A DNA stretch of 32,000 bases from Telmatocola sphagniphila (GCF_018398935.1 NZ_CP074694.1:5340001-5372000), one strand, 5' to 3'; positions 22,564 through 31,339 are shown, counted from the stretch's first letter. The notes: generated by a model from the sequence alone, not told the origin. Numbers and translations are program-made.

Positions 22564-24039
22564 ATGTCCGGCCTCGCCCACAACCCCGATCCCGACCCCG
22601 AGTTGAGCGAAGAGGAAGCCGATTTCTTCCTCAAAGCCATCAAGGAATACTTCCGGTCCCGGGACCGGAAGAATCCGACTTCGCCGAAATTCCTCGGCAA
22701 TTACATACTGGAATCGATCGCCGGGCAGGGAGGCTTTGGCATCGTTTACCGCGCCCACGATACGATCCGCAAACGGACGGTTGCCATCAAAATTCCCCGG
22801 TCGGAATTTCTGGGGGACGAGCAGTGCCGGCGCACCCTCGCGCGGGAAGCCCGGGCGGCCGCTCTGGTACGCCATCCGGGTGTGGTGGAGGTTTTCGATA
22901 TCGTTGAGGCCGATGGCACGAGTGGAATTGTCAGCGAATTCTGCGAAGGCACTTCGCTATACGAGTGGTTGAAAAAACAGGCGGCGACGGTGCCGACGAA
23001 ATCAGCCCTCTACGTGATGACTCGGTTATGCGAGGCCCTCGAGTACGCGCACTCTCAGCAGGTGTACCATTGCGATCTGAAACCGGCCAACGTTCTGTTG
23101 ATTCCTAAAAGCCCGACTGAGCAGGAACTATCTGCACTGCCGCTCGAAGCCTTCGATATTAAACTCACCGACTTCGGATTGGCTCAGGTCAAGCTCGAGG
23201 GCTTTTCTTCCATCAGTCACTTGTCGGCCGGTACGCCGCATTACATGCCGCCGGAGCAGATCAACGGCGAGAAAAATACGCCCCGAGCTGCGATCGATAT
23301 TTACAGCTTGGGGGTGATGCTGCACGAAATGCTGGTGGGACGGACGCCGTTCGATAATACTGAGAATCTGCTGGGCATCTACCAGCAGATTTCCAATCGG
23401 TCGATGCCTTCCGCCCGGCAGCAAAGCCGTTCGATTCCTCGCGATCTGGATCGCATCTGCCTGAAAGCCATGGCCTATACTCCGGAACACCGCTATTCCA
23501 GCGTGGCGGCCTTGAATCAGGATTTGCAATCGTTTGCCGAGGAGAAGGCCATCTCCTGGGGGTTTTCAGATCGGCTGAATCGCGCCAAAACCTGGCTGGG
23601 CCATACCAACCGCATCGCTGAAACGGCCTGGTTTCTTATCGCATCGAATGCGATGGTTTTTCTCTGGGTAATGGCCTTAATTATCTGGTTGGGACACATC
23701 GAACGACAGTACGGAGTTTTGGGGGCTACTATTGGTGTAAGTTATCTGCTGGCGTCGGATCATCTCTTCATGATGTTGGGAGCCTGGCAGCTGCTGCGTG
23801 GTCGTTACGTCTACTTTTACCCGCTGTTTTGCGCGGCCACATTTAATCTAGTCCTAAGCTTCCTGGGAATGGCCGGGATTGTCTATCCCCACGTGGAAGT
23901 TTACAACAATCGCATTTTTCGCATTATCCTTTTTACGCTGTTGCATTCCGGTTTCTGTCTTCAGATGATTGTTCTCATTCTCGGGTATTATTGCTTTCGA
24001 AAGAATACCCGGCCAAAAACCATCCTCGGCCCGAAGTGA
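22564..24039 (+). CDS. Ser/Thr protein kinase with a polytopic C-terminal membrane domain
   Basis: Hanks-type motifs are present: GQGGFGIVY, VAIK, HCDLKPANVLL, DFGLA, GTPHYMPPEQ. The C-terminal ~150 aa contain 4-5 hydrophobic helices (TAWFLIASNAMVFLWVMALIIWLG, LGATIGVSYLLASDHLFMMLGAW, FYPLFCAATFNLVLSFLGMAGIV, IILFTLLHSGFCLQMIVLILGYYCF). Confidence 0.9.
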   Translation: MSGLAHNPDPDPELSEEEADFFLKAIKEYFRSRDRKNPTSPKFLGNYILESIAGQGGFGIVYRAHDTIRKRTVAIKIPRSEFLGDEQCRRTLAREARAAALVRHPGVVEVFDIVEADGTSGIVSEFCEGTSLYEWLKKQAATVPTKSALYVMTRLCEALEYAHSQQVYHCDLKPANVLLIPKSPTEQELSALPLEAFDIKLTDFGLAQVKLEGFSSISHLSAGTPHYMPPEQINGEKNTPRAAIDIYSLGVMLHEMLVGRTPFDNTENLLGIYQQISNRSMPSARQQSRSIPRDLDRICLKAMAYTPEHRYSSVAALNQDLQSFAEEKAISWGFSDRLNRAKTWLGHTNRIAETAWFLIASNAMVFLWVMALIIWLGHIERQYGVLGATIGVSYLLASDHLFMMLGAWQLLRGRYVYFYPLFCAATFNLVLSFLGMAGIVYPHVEVYNNRIFRIILFTLLHSGFCLQMIVLILGYYCFRKNTRPKTILGPK

Positions 24040-24063
24040 TCGATCAGAAAAACTCAGTTAACT

Positions 24064-24091
24064 AAAACAGCACGGCATTTGGGCCGTGCTG
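24064..24091 (-). terminator. Rho-independent terminator of the outer-membrane protein gene
   Basis: CAGCACGGC (24068-24076) pairs with GCCGTGCTG (24083-24091) around a 6-nt loop. On the minus strand it is followed by TTTT (complement of 24064-24067). It lies 40 nt after the stop at 24131. Confidence 0.6.
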
Positions 24092-24130
24092 TGGGGTGGA
24101 ACTCCCCCTCCGGAAGGGGAGATTCGGGTA

Positions 24131-25189
24131 TTAATAGCGGAGGATCAATTCCGCCTGGATTCGGCTGTCGAGCAGGTCCTTGCGGCTGGTCAGCGGGAAT
24201 TCATAGACAACGCCGGTTTCGGCATGGGGGCTGATCTTGACCTTGAAGCCCAGAGCCATCGAAACCAGGTCATTGCCGGCCACACCGCTGGTGCCCAGGT
24301 TCAAAAGACCATCGCCTTCCCCCAAAGCGGGAGGCAGGCCACGATTGCCACCGGCCAGCCAGTGATACCAGTTGACTTCCATCAAGGGGTAGAGCCACTC
24401 GTTCACCTGGCGGTCGAGGTGCAACTGGGTGTAGAACAGACTGCTGTTCTGGTTGCTATCGACGGGAACAATGTAGCCGCCGTTGACGATGATGTGATTC
24501 TTGCACCAGAATTCCTGTCCGTAGGTGGCGAAGAAGGTGAAAATCCCATCTCCCTGACCCTGGAACACTTTGCTTTCACCGGTCTGAGGTTCGAACATGA
24601 ACCCCGCGGCCGCCAAAGTCTGATTTTCCACGTCGCGATAGAAGGTATATTTCAATCCAGCCGCCAGATTCAGGAAGCCGGTTTCGTGCGGAGCACCTTT
24701 GGCACTGATGGAGGCAATACCATCCTTATCGGCAATCAAGGTCAAGCGGTCGGTCAAGGCCAGGCGAATCTGCATGGCGTAAACCTGGAAGTTGCCGCCG
24801 CCCAGGGGGTTGCTGTTGGGAATATTGTTATCGATGAACAGAATGCGAGCTTCCGTCAACGAACGGGGATCTTTGCTCAGCACCGGATTGCTGGAAGGTC
24901 CGACGAAGTTGTCGAAAGCGTGATCGCTTTCGAGGAAACCGCGGCTGCTGGAATCGCCCATCAACTGCGTGGTGGGGATAGCCGGTGCACCGCTCATGAT
25001 GGACGCGGTGGGGGCCGTCGGCGTCACGCTCGTAATCATCGGAGCGGGGGCCGTGGGGGCGGGGGCCGGCGCGCTGATGGTCGCCGGAGCCTGACCGCTG
25101 CCATTGACGCTGGCGGTGCCAACGGGATCGGCGGCGTTGGCGGTTACCCCCAAACATCCTGCCATCACGCCGACTAAAAATCGTTTCAT
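24131..25189 (-). CDS. Putative outer-membrane beta-barrel protein
   Basis: Signal peptide is MKRFLVGVMAGCLGVTANA, with an AGGAGG Shine-Dalgarno. An Ala/Pro/Thr-rich linker follows, then alternating amphipathic strands, and the protein ends in ...AELILRY (terminal aromatic residue, typical of OM barrels). The exact family is not resolved by eye. Confidence 0.6.
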   Translation of the reverse strand: MKRFLVGVMAGCLGVTANAADPVGTASVNGSGQAPATISAPAPAPTAPAPMITSVTPTAPTASIMSGAPAIPTTQLMGDSSSRGFLESDHAFDNFVGPSSNPVLSKDPRSLTEARILFIDNNIPNSNPLGGGNFQVYAMQIRLALTDRLTLIADKDGIASISAKGAPHETGFLNLAAGLKYTFYRDVENQTLAAAGFMFEPQTGESKVFQGQGDGIFTFFATYGQEFWCKNHIIVNGGYIVPVDSNQNSSLFYTQLHLDRQVNEWLYPLMEVNWYHWLAGGNRGLPPALGEGDGLLNLGTSGVAGNDLVSMALGFKVKISPHAETGVVYEFPLTSRKDLLDSRIQAELILRY

Positions 25190-25411
25190 GATTGCCTCCT
25201 GAATTGAATTCTTTTGTCCGTGCTTCCCAGCAACGGTTTGTCTGCTTTACCCATCGTCACTCAAATTGTGCCGTATGAATTACTCCAGTTTGATTTGTGT
25301 TTTTAGTTGTCCCGACATTTCCGAATGATCAATCAGCACCAGTTGTATGACCTTTTCTTGGTAACTTTTGTCGGTCGCAGCGAATGTAGGGGACCACTTT
25401 TCCATGTTCAA

Positions 25412-25428
25412 AATTTGATCATCAAATT
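25412..25428. promoter_or_regulatory. AT-rich 8-1-8 palindrome AATTTGAT-C-ATCAAATT, a candidate operator
   Basis: Read directly. It lies in the 479-nt divergent intergenic region between the OM protein gene (start 25189, minus) and the 25669 gene (plus). Confidence 0.3.
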
Positions 25429-25668
25429 CTTTGAAAATCCAAACTGGCAATTGCCGTGCAAAAAATGATCAGGGCGCGGCGTTTTATCCTGCAAATCGAC
25501 AGCAAAGGAGCAATTTGACTCCTAGTAAGCTCGAAGCCGTGCGCGACTCTGGCAATGTGAAATTTCGAATAAAACTCCCAATCCGCATAATCATTCAACT
25601 TGCGAAATTCCAGCGGCGCACTAGGCCTTAGTAGTTCCTATTTTCGCGGCTTTCACTCGAGTCCTGAA

Positions 25669-26118
25669 ATGAGTTACGCTTCGAATCCTCGTTCTGCGCT
25701 GGGTTTTTGGGCGGCCGTGCTTTGGTTGTCGCTCCCGGGTGGGGTCTCTGCCCAAATAGGCAGCGCCCCGGTCTCACCTTCTGGCGGCACGACCAATTGG
25801 CAGAACAACATGCCCTCCAGCGTCAACGATTGGGCTAAGAATCGCGAGAAGACCAATGAGGAATTTATCAAAACAATGACGCCCACGGGCGTGCCCAACA
25901 TTTCCGTGAATCCCGTCGCGAAATCGACCATGTCCGCCGTGCAAAATTACTATCGGGTGCGATTCATCATCGCCCTGGCCGGGCTTTTCGTTGTGGTAGC
26001 TGTCTTCGTGATCCGAAACCTGCAGCGCTCCACCGCCAAGCATCCGGCCATAAACGATCCCTGGATCCGCTCTCAACTGGCTCAGCAATCGGGTCCGGGT
26101 GGTTACACGGCCCAGTAA
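25669..26118 (+). CDS. Hypothetical exported protein with a C-terminal membrane anchor
   Basis: The ATG at 25669 gives MSYASNPRSALGFWAAVLWLSLPGGVSAQ, which is signal-peptide-like. A C-proximal TM helix FIIALAGLFVVVAVFVI is present. No family recognised. Confidence 0.6.
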   Translation: MSYASNPRSALGFWAAVLWLSLPGGVSAQIGSAPVSPSGGTTNWQNNMPSSVNDWAKNREKTNEEFIKTMTPTGVPNISVNPVAKSTMSAVQNYYRVRFIIALAGLFVVVAVFVIRNLQRSTAKHPAINDPWIRSQLAQQSGPGGYTAQ

Positions 26119-26267
26119 ATATTCCGTTACAGGAATTGGCCCAACGGTTTTTGCACTTCGTATCGCTTTCTCATTCCTCGGCCCCGACCCAACTCGGGGC
26201 TTGACTCATCACTTCGCTTCCCGCAAACTGATTGCGATTGCTCCCCTTCCCACCATTGAGAAGTTTC

Positions 26268-28898
26268 ATGAAGTTTCCGATTCATTTATGCGCCTCTCTT
26301 TTGCTGTTTCCGGCCGCGACTTCGGCGCAGGAGGCCATCGCTTATAAAGCCGCCCACATCCTCACGGCGGCGGGCGATCCCATCGATAAGGGCGTGCTCA
26401 TCGTTCAGAAAGGGAAAATTCTGGCTGTCGGCAAAGCGGCCGAGGTGAAACTCCCCGCCGGTACGCAAGAAGTCGATCTGGGCGAGGCGACTCTGATCCC
26501 TGGTCTGGTTGACACCCATTCCCACATTGGCATTTACTCCCGGCCCGGTGTACCGGCCAACTCCGATGGCAACGAAATGAGCGGGCCGTTTCAACCGGGC
26601 ATCCGCGCTCTCGATGCCATCGATCCCCACGATCCGGGGATTCGCATGGCCACCGCCGGGGGAGTGACGGTAGCTAACATCATGCCCGGATCGGGGAACG
26701 TCATCGGCGGCCAGACTCTTTATGTGAAATTGCGCGGCGATGGAGTAGAAGCGATGCGGATCGCCTCGGATACCGTGCTGGGCGGTTTGAAAATGGCCAA
26801 CGGCGAGAATCCCAAAGGTTACGGCCGGCGCGGTCAGGCTCCCTTTACTCGAATGAAAGTGGCTTCGCTGCAACGCGATCAATTCGTCAAAGCTCGCGAG
26901 TATCAGAAGAAATGGCAGGCCTACAAGGATAAGGTGGCCAAAGGGGAGAAAGCCGCGGCCCCGGAAGTCGACGCCAGTATGGAACCGCTCGTCGAAGTGC
27001 TGGAGAGAAAGCGAACTGTCCACTTCCACAGCCATCGCTCCGATGACATCATGACGGCGATCCGGATTTCCGAAGAATTCAATTTCGAACTGGTGTTACA
27101 GCACGTGACCGAAGGCTACCTGATCGCCGATGAACTGGCGAAGCGAAAAATCCCAGCTTCCTTGACACTCATCGACAGCCCGGGCGGCAAAGCGGAAGTG
27201 ATGAACCTGATCGAAGAGAATGCCGCCTTGCTGGAAAAAGCGGGTGTGCTGGTCGCCATCAATACCGATGACTCGGTCACCGAATCGCGCTTCCTGCTGC
27301 GGACAGGGTCGATCGCGGTGCGCGGCGGCATGTCGGAGGCTTCCGCTCTGAAGGCTCTGACTATCAATCCGGCCAAGATGATGCACCTCGACAATAAGCT
27401 CGGTTCACTCGTTGCTGGCCGCGATGCCGATTTCGTGGTCCTCTCGGGTGCTCCCTTCAGCGTTTATACCCAGGTGCTCGCCACCTATATCGATGGTGTG
27501 AAAGTATTCGACCGGGCCAACGCCAAGGATCACGCTTATCAAACCGGGGGCTTCGCCCTGGCAGATGCCAAGAGTCTCCCCCCCACCTACGCTCCGGCTA
27601 AATCGCCGGAGGCCGCGCAGCCAGTTACCGTATCGCCGGCCAAGTCGGAATTGAACACCGGCACAGTCGCCATTGTCGCGGGCCGCATTCACACGGCGTC
27701 CGGTGCCGTGATCAATAACGGCGTCATTCTGGTCGATAAGGGCGTGATTAAAGCCGTTGGCCCGGCGGCCGACGTCAAGATTCCGGAGGGAGTTCGCATC
27801 CTCACTGCCAAGGAAGTGACGCCCGGCTTGATCGATGTCCATTCCGCCTGCGGTCTATCGGGAGCTTTGAATATTTCGCAGGATCAGGACCAGGACGAAG
27901 GAAGCGATCCCAACGGGGCCGACTTGCGTGTACTGGATGCTTTCAATCCGAATGAACCGCTCCTGGAATTCTTGCGCCGCGAAGGGGTAACGGTGATTCA
28001 CGCACTACCGGGTCGGGCCAATGTGCTGGCCGGGCAGTCGGGCGTCTTCCGAACGTATGCCCCGACCGCCGAGAAAGCCAAGTTGAAGTTCCCGGCCGCG
28101 TTCCTGGTGAACCTGGGCGAAGTTCCCAAGAGTACTTACAAGGATAAAGGTCCGCAAACCCGTATGGGCACCGCCGCGTTACTGCGAACCAATTTCACCA
28201 AAGCGAATAACTACCTGGCGAAGAAAGCGGGCGATGAGGACAAACGGCCGCCGCGCGATTTGAAGATGGAAGGTCTGGAACCGGTCCTCAAAGGGGAGAT
28301 CCCGGTTTACTTCAGCGCTCAGCGGGCCGACGACATTGGCACCGCACTGCGAATTGCCGAAGAATTCAAATTGAAACCGGTCATCAATCTGGCGGCCGAG
28401 GCCTATTTGATGACTGACCGGCTGGCGAGTGCCAAGGTTCCCGTGGTTGTGCATCCGACCATGCAGCGCGCCGGCGGAAGCATGGAAACTCTGAACAGTC
28501 ATCTCAGCAATGCAGCCGTGCTGGCGGATAAGAACATTCCCATCACTATTTGCACGGCTTTTGAAGGTTACGTTCCCAAGACGCGCGTTCTGCGAGTGGA
28601 AATGGCCCTGGCCATGACCAATGGTCTGGGGGCCGATCGGGCGTTGAAGGCTGTGACGATTGATGCCGCGAAGTTGTTGGGAATCGATAAGGAATTCGGC
28701 AGTCTGGAAGTGGGTAAGCGAGCCGACATCGTTTTGTATGACGGCGACCCGTTCGAAAACACCACCCATGTGGTTTATACCCTGATGGACGGCAAGGTCG
28801 TTTGGGATCGCGCCGATTATTTGAAACTGCCTTTCGCTCGCCGGGCGTTGCCGTTGTCGACGACCGGCGGCGGCACCTGCTGCATGGGACAGTGGTAG
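26268..28898 (+). CDS. Secreted double amidohydrolase: catalytic-looking N-terminal module fused to a degenerate C-terminal module
   Basis: The ATG at 26268 gives MKFPIHLCASLLLFPAATSAQ (signal peptide). Module 1 has the amidohydrolase landmarks IPGLVDTHSHIG, VHFHSHRSDD and AINTDD. Module 2 starts near nt 27655 and is collinear (TPGLIDVHSACG, VYFSAQRADD, ITICTAFEG) but has replaced most metal-ligand positions. Confidence 0.85.
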   Translation: MKFPIHLCASLLLFPAATSAQEAIAYKAAHILTAAGDPIDKGVLIVQKGKILAVGKAAEVKLPAGTQEVDLGEATLIPGLVDTHSHIGIYSRPGVPANSDGNEMSGPFQPGIRALDAIDPHDPGIRMATAGGVTVANIMPGSGNVIGGQTLYVKLRGDGVEAMRIASDTVLGGLKMANGENPKGYGRRGQAPFTRMKVASLQRDQFVKAREYQKKWQAYKDKVAKGEKAAAPEVDASMEPLVEVLERKRTVHFHSHRSDDIMTAIRISEEFNFELVLQHVTEGYLIADELAKRKIPASLTLIDSPGGKAEVMNLIEENAALLEKAGVLVAINTDDSVTESRFLLRTGSIAVRGGMSEASALKALTINPAKMMHLDNKLGSLVAGRDADFVVLSGAPFSVYTQVLATYIDGVKVFDRANAKDHAYQTGGFALADAKSLPPTYAPAKSPEAAQPVTVSPAKSELNTGTVAIVAGRIHTASGAVINNGVILVDKGVIKAVGPAADVKIPEGVRILTAKEVTPGLIDVHSACGLSGALNISQDQDQDEGSDPNGADLRVLDAFNPNEPLLEFLRREGVTVIHALPGRANVLAGQSGVFRTYAPTAEKAKLKFPAAFLVNLGEVPKSTYKDKGPQTRMGTAALLRTNFTKANNYLAKKAGDEDKRPPRDLKMEGLEPVLKGEIPVYFSAQRADDIGTALRIAEEFKLKPVINLAAEAYLMTDRLASAKVPVVVHPTMQRAGGSMETLNSHLSNAAVLADKNIPITICTAFEGYVPKTRVLRVEMALAMTNGLGADRALKAVTIDAAKLLGIDKEFGSLEVGKRADIVLYDGDPFENTTHVVYTLMDGKVVWDRADYLKLPFARRALPLSTTGGGTCCMGQW

Positions 28899-28910
28899 AA
28901 GGAGAGTCCT

Positions 28911-29036
28911 GCCGGGTGCCAATGACTAAGCCATTGGCATTTCAAAAAAGATCGAGAGATCCTGTCAGAATGGTTCCGGTTTTTCGTGAAATACGCAGAA
29001 AACTGAAAGCATCTTGATTTGCCAATGGCACCCGAA
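28911..29036 (+). repeat. Composite hairpin element, copy E1 (REP-B family)
   Basis: It starts 13 nt after the amidohydrolase stop. The left end is GCCGGGTGCCAATGACTAAGCCATTGGCATTT (hairpin TGCCAATG-C...GCCATTGGCA) and the right end is TTGCCAATGGCACCCGAAACC. By my own alignment it is collinear with 31761-31885 at roughly two-thirds identity. Confidence 0.7.
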
Positions 29037-29074
29037 ACCAAGCCTTTGAAATTGAACGATTATAATACCGCTTT

Positions 29075-29350
29075 ATGTTTTCAAGAGATGGGGCAATGAC
29101 AAACTTACGACTGTCTAAATCTCAACGTATAATTCTAGAAAAGATCAATTCGCATAATGGAGAGATAAACTGGTATAAATTAGGACGCGCTTGTATCGCC
29201 CTTCTTGCAAACCCGGCGGATTTTTCACTGCAACCACTATTAGACGCTGAATATATTCGAGAGCAAGCTGTTGAAAATGAGCCGCTGCCCAGGTTGCATA
29301 TTACTGACAGCGGCAGGGTGGCACTGGCAATCCCTATTCATTCACCGTAA
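29075..29350 (+). CDS. Hypothetical small protein (91 aa; 84 aa if it starts at ATG 29096)
   Basis: An intact ORF in the AT-rich patch. TATAAT at 29061-29066 lies just upstream. No family recognised and no strong Shine-Dalgarno. Confidence 0.45.
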   Translation: MFSRDGAMTNLRLSKSQRIILEKINSHNGEINWYKLGRACIALLANPADFSLQPLLDAEYIREQAVENEPLPRLHITDSGRVALAIPIHSP

Positions 29351-29354
29351 GTCA

Positions 29355-29582
29355 TTACCCAGTAGTAGTTTGGGTGGCACTGGCTATTTGCCAGTGCCCT
29401 GAAGTACGATGATACAAAAAACAGACCCCTGATTTAGCATGCTTGCAAAATTCGTAAAGAAGATATAGGCTTTGAGGTGAGGTTTCCTCACTGCCAAGAT
29501 ACCCTTCCCAGTAGTCATCGAATTGAACTACCCGCTGATCCAGACTATCACCTTCAGCTCGACTTCGCTCGAAAAATTTCAT
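29355..29582 (-). CDS. Doubtful hypothetical ORF (75 aa)
   Basis: Only ORF length supports it. Its last ~15 codons are encoded by the REP-A hairpin at 29368-29400, so it is either a REP-truncated gene or spurious. Confidence 0.25.
   Translation of the reverse strand: MKFFERSRAEGDSLDQRVVQFDDYWEGYLGSEETSPQSLYLLYEFCKHAKSGVCFLYHRTSGHWQIASATQTTTG
29368..29400 (-). repeat. REP-A hairpin, inverted orientation, left of the RAYT gene
   Basis: The minus strand reads AGGGCACTGGCAAATAGCCAGTGCCACCCAAAC. The 9-bp stem GGCACTGGC/GCCAGTGCC is perfect. It belongs to the same family as 30284-30315 and 31969-32000. Confidence 0.75.
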
Positions 29583-29617
29583 TGCAGTGATGTTCCGAAG
29601 ATGTTTAGGATGATTTG

Positions 29618-30241
29618 ATGTCTAAACGCATCGCTCATCGCAAGACTTTCGAACGTCGACACCAACCGGGCGACTTTCATGAACTGACGTTTTCGATCTA
29701 TCGACGCTTTCCAGTTCTCGAAGGTGACTATCGCCTAAAGCAGCTCGCACGCTGCATCGACGCTGCGACCGAAGAACTCCGTTTGCAACTCGTGGCATTC
29801 GTATTCATGCCGGACCACATCCACTTGCTTGTCTTTCCCTTGGAAAAAGAACCCGATTTGGTCGGATTCCAGGCACGTTTCAAGAGACGGTTTTCACGAT
29901 TTGTGAAGGAGAATCTCATCGAAACTGGTTCGCCGTTACTCGAAAAGATGATAGTGCGCGAACGGCCAGGAAAGCATTGCTTTCGCCTTTGGCAAGAGGG
30001 GCCAGGCTACGACAGAAATCTCTTTACGATGGAAGCTGTTTGCAACTCGATTGAGTATCTTCATGCCAACCCGTTACGAAAAGGCTTATGCGAGCGAGCT
30101 ACAGACTGGAAGTGGTCCTCGGCTAAATATTACTCCCAGCAGAGTTTAGAAGGGCTAGATGGAGATTTGCCAAAAATACATGGCCTTTCGAAAGACTGGC
30201 GTGGATACGAGCTCAAAGGTCGTGAGTTCTTGCTGGGTTGA
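29618..30241 (+). CDS. REP-associated tyrosine transposase (RAYT; IS200/IS605-like Y1 HUH transposase family)
   Basis: It has the HUH motif in FMPDHIHLLVFP and the catalytic-Tyr helix CNSIEYLHANPLRKGL, followed by WKWSSAKYY, which is the RAYT pattern as I know it. It is bracketed by inverted REP-A hairpins. The start is the ATG at 29618; a TTG one codon earlier is possible. Confidence 0.85.
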   Translation: MSKRIAHRKTFERRHQPGDFHELTFSIYRRFPVLEGDYRLKQLARCIDAATEELRLQLVAFVFMPDHIHLLVFPLEKEPDLVGFQARFKRRFSRFVKENLIETGSPLLEKMIVRERPGKHCFRLWQEGPGYDRNLFTMEAVCNSIEYLHANPLRKGLCERATDWKWSSAKYYSQQSLEGLDGDLPKIHGLSKDWRGYELKGREFLLG

Positions 30242-30283
30242 AAATAGGTTAGGCGAACCGGATAAAATTTGATGTTTTCAGAA

Positions 30284-30315
30284 CGGAACTGGCAGTAGCC
30301 AGCGCCTCCCAAACC
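30284..30315 (+). repeat. REP-A hairpin, forward orientation, right of the RAYT gene
   Basis: CGGAACTGGCAGTAGCCAGCGCCTCCCAAACC is a degenerate copy with two stem mismatches. It lies 43 nt after the RAYT stop. Confidence 0.7.
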
Positions 30316-30382
30316 GTTACTGGAGCATGACTGACGGAGAATGATTGGGGCTGACAGCACCACCACGCAGCAAATAAGCTTA

Positions 30383-30835
30383 TCACTGAACAGCATAATA
30401 CCACGAACTCGATATTTTGTTAATTTTGTGTACGTCTGCATAGTCAAAATACGATCCTAACCGTTTACTGTTTAAAACCAACTTTGCTGGCCTATACAGC
30501 AGACCGTTGGATGATCCGAAAGTTGAATCGGAGTAGATATAAAGAATCGAATCTGTATATATTCTTACTTCAATTATTCCTAAATCACGTAACCTTCCAG
30601 TCGGGTAGTAAACCGATTCATTGAGGACGTTTCTATCCTCAATAAATTCTTTCGTGAGTTCCTCGATTAGCTCAGTGTGACGACTCAGGTGAAGCGCTTC
30701 GAGATAGCTTATTGAATTGAGTAGTAAAACTATAACTACCAAAAAATTAAAGACAGCAAAATAACCTAGTATGTTTTTAAAAATGGCCAGAACTCCTTTA
30801 ATTCTACGAACAGCGCTTGTGCTATCAGTAATCAT
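30383..30835 (-). CDS. Hypothetical membrane-anchored protein (150 aa), AT-rich
   Basis: An N-terminal TM helix ILGYFAVFNFLVVIVLLLNSI is followed by a soluble domain. No family recognised. Its AT-rich composition differs from the backbone genes. Confidence 0.5.
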   Translation of the reverse strand: MITDSTSAVRRIKGVLAIFKNILGYFAVFNFLVVIVLLLNSISYLEALHLSRHTELIEELTKEFIEDRNVLNESVYYPTGRLRDLGIIEVRIYTDSILYIYSDSTFGSSNGLLYRPAKLVLNSKRLGSYFDYADVHKINKISSSWYYAVQ

Positions 30836-31082
30836 ATTCCATGAGCCTTCCCATTTTGCTCGGAAACGAATTTAAGTTACTTTGATTTTTCTTTTGTATT
30901 CGCTTTTGGAAACGTGTCATCGACTCGTATGCATTAGCCGTTCCGCCAGTTCCCTTCTTGATCGGTTAGTTACCCTGAAGGCTTTCTCAACCTTTCAGTA
31001 GTCGGCGGCATGGCGAAGCCCCATTTACGAGATCCCCAACGCGAACAATTATGGCGGGCGACTTTTCAATCCAGGCAATCGA

Positions 31083-31206
31083 GCCGGGTGCCAATGGCTA
31101 GGCCATTGGCATTTGTGTAAATAATCTCCAATTCGGAGATTCCCTCAGACATACAGGGTGATTCGTGGCCATGCCACTCGCCAATGGCGGAGCCATTGGC
31201 ACCCAG
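31083..31206 (+). repeat. Composite hairpin element, copy E2 (REP-B family)
   Basis: The left end GCCGGGTGCCAATGGCTAGGCCATTGGCATTTG is near-identical to the E1 left end. The right end is CGCCAATGGCGGAGCCATTGGCACCC, a full hairpin with a 9-bp stem. The ~60-nt interior differs from E1 and E3. Confidence 0.65.
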
Positions 31207-31339
31207 GATACTACGACCCAACCATTCTTGAATGGTAAATTTCTGTGAAGGGTTACCAGAGCCACCTCTCCTCGACTACTTTTCGGTGAATGACCATTAT
31301 TGGAAGATGAGTAGTTTGCACTTAACGATCGCCATACCT

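Noticed and set aside
22126-22875. 249-aa ORF on the minus strand
   Set aside because: It lies antisense across the sigma factor and kinase genes, both of which have unambiguous motifs. This is a shadow ORF.
24086-25177. 363-aa ORF on the plus strand
   Set aside because: It lies antisense to the outer-membrane protein gene. The translation is Gly/Arg/Ala-rich low complexity with no start context, whereas the minus-strand product has a signal peptide, a Shine-Dalgarno and a terminator.
26286-28922. Minus-strand ORFs 26286..27035, 27096..27394, 27405..27842 and 28179..28922
   Set aside because: All lie antisense within the double amidohydrolase gene and are shadow frames of a GC-rich gene.
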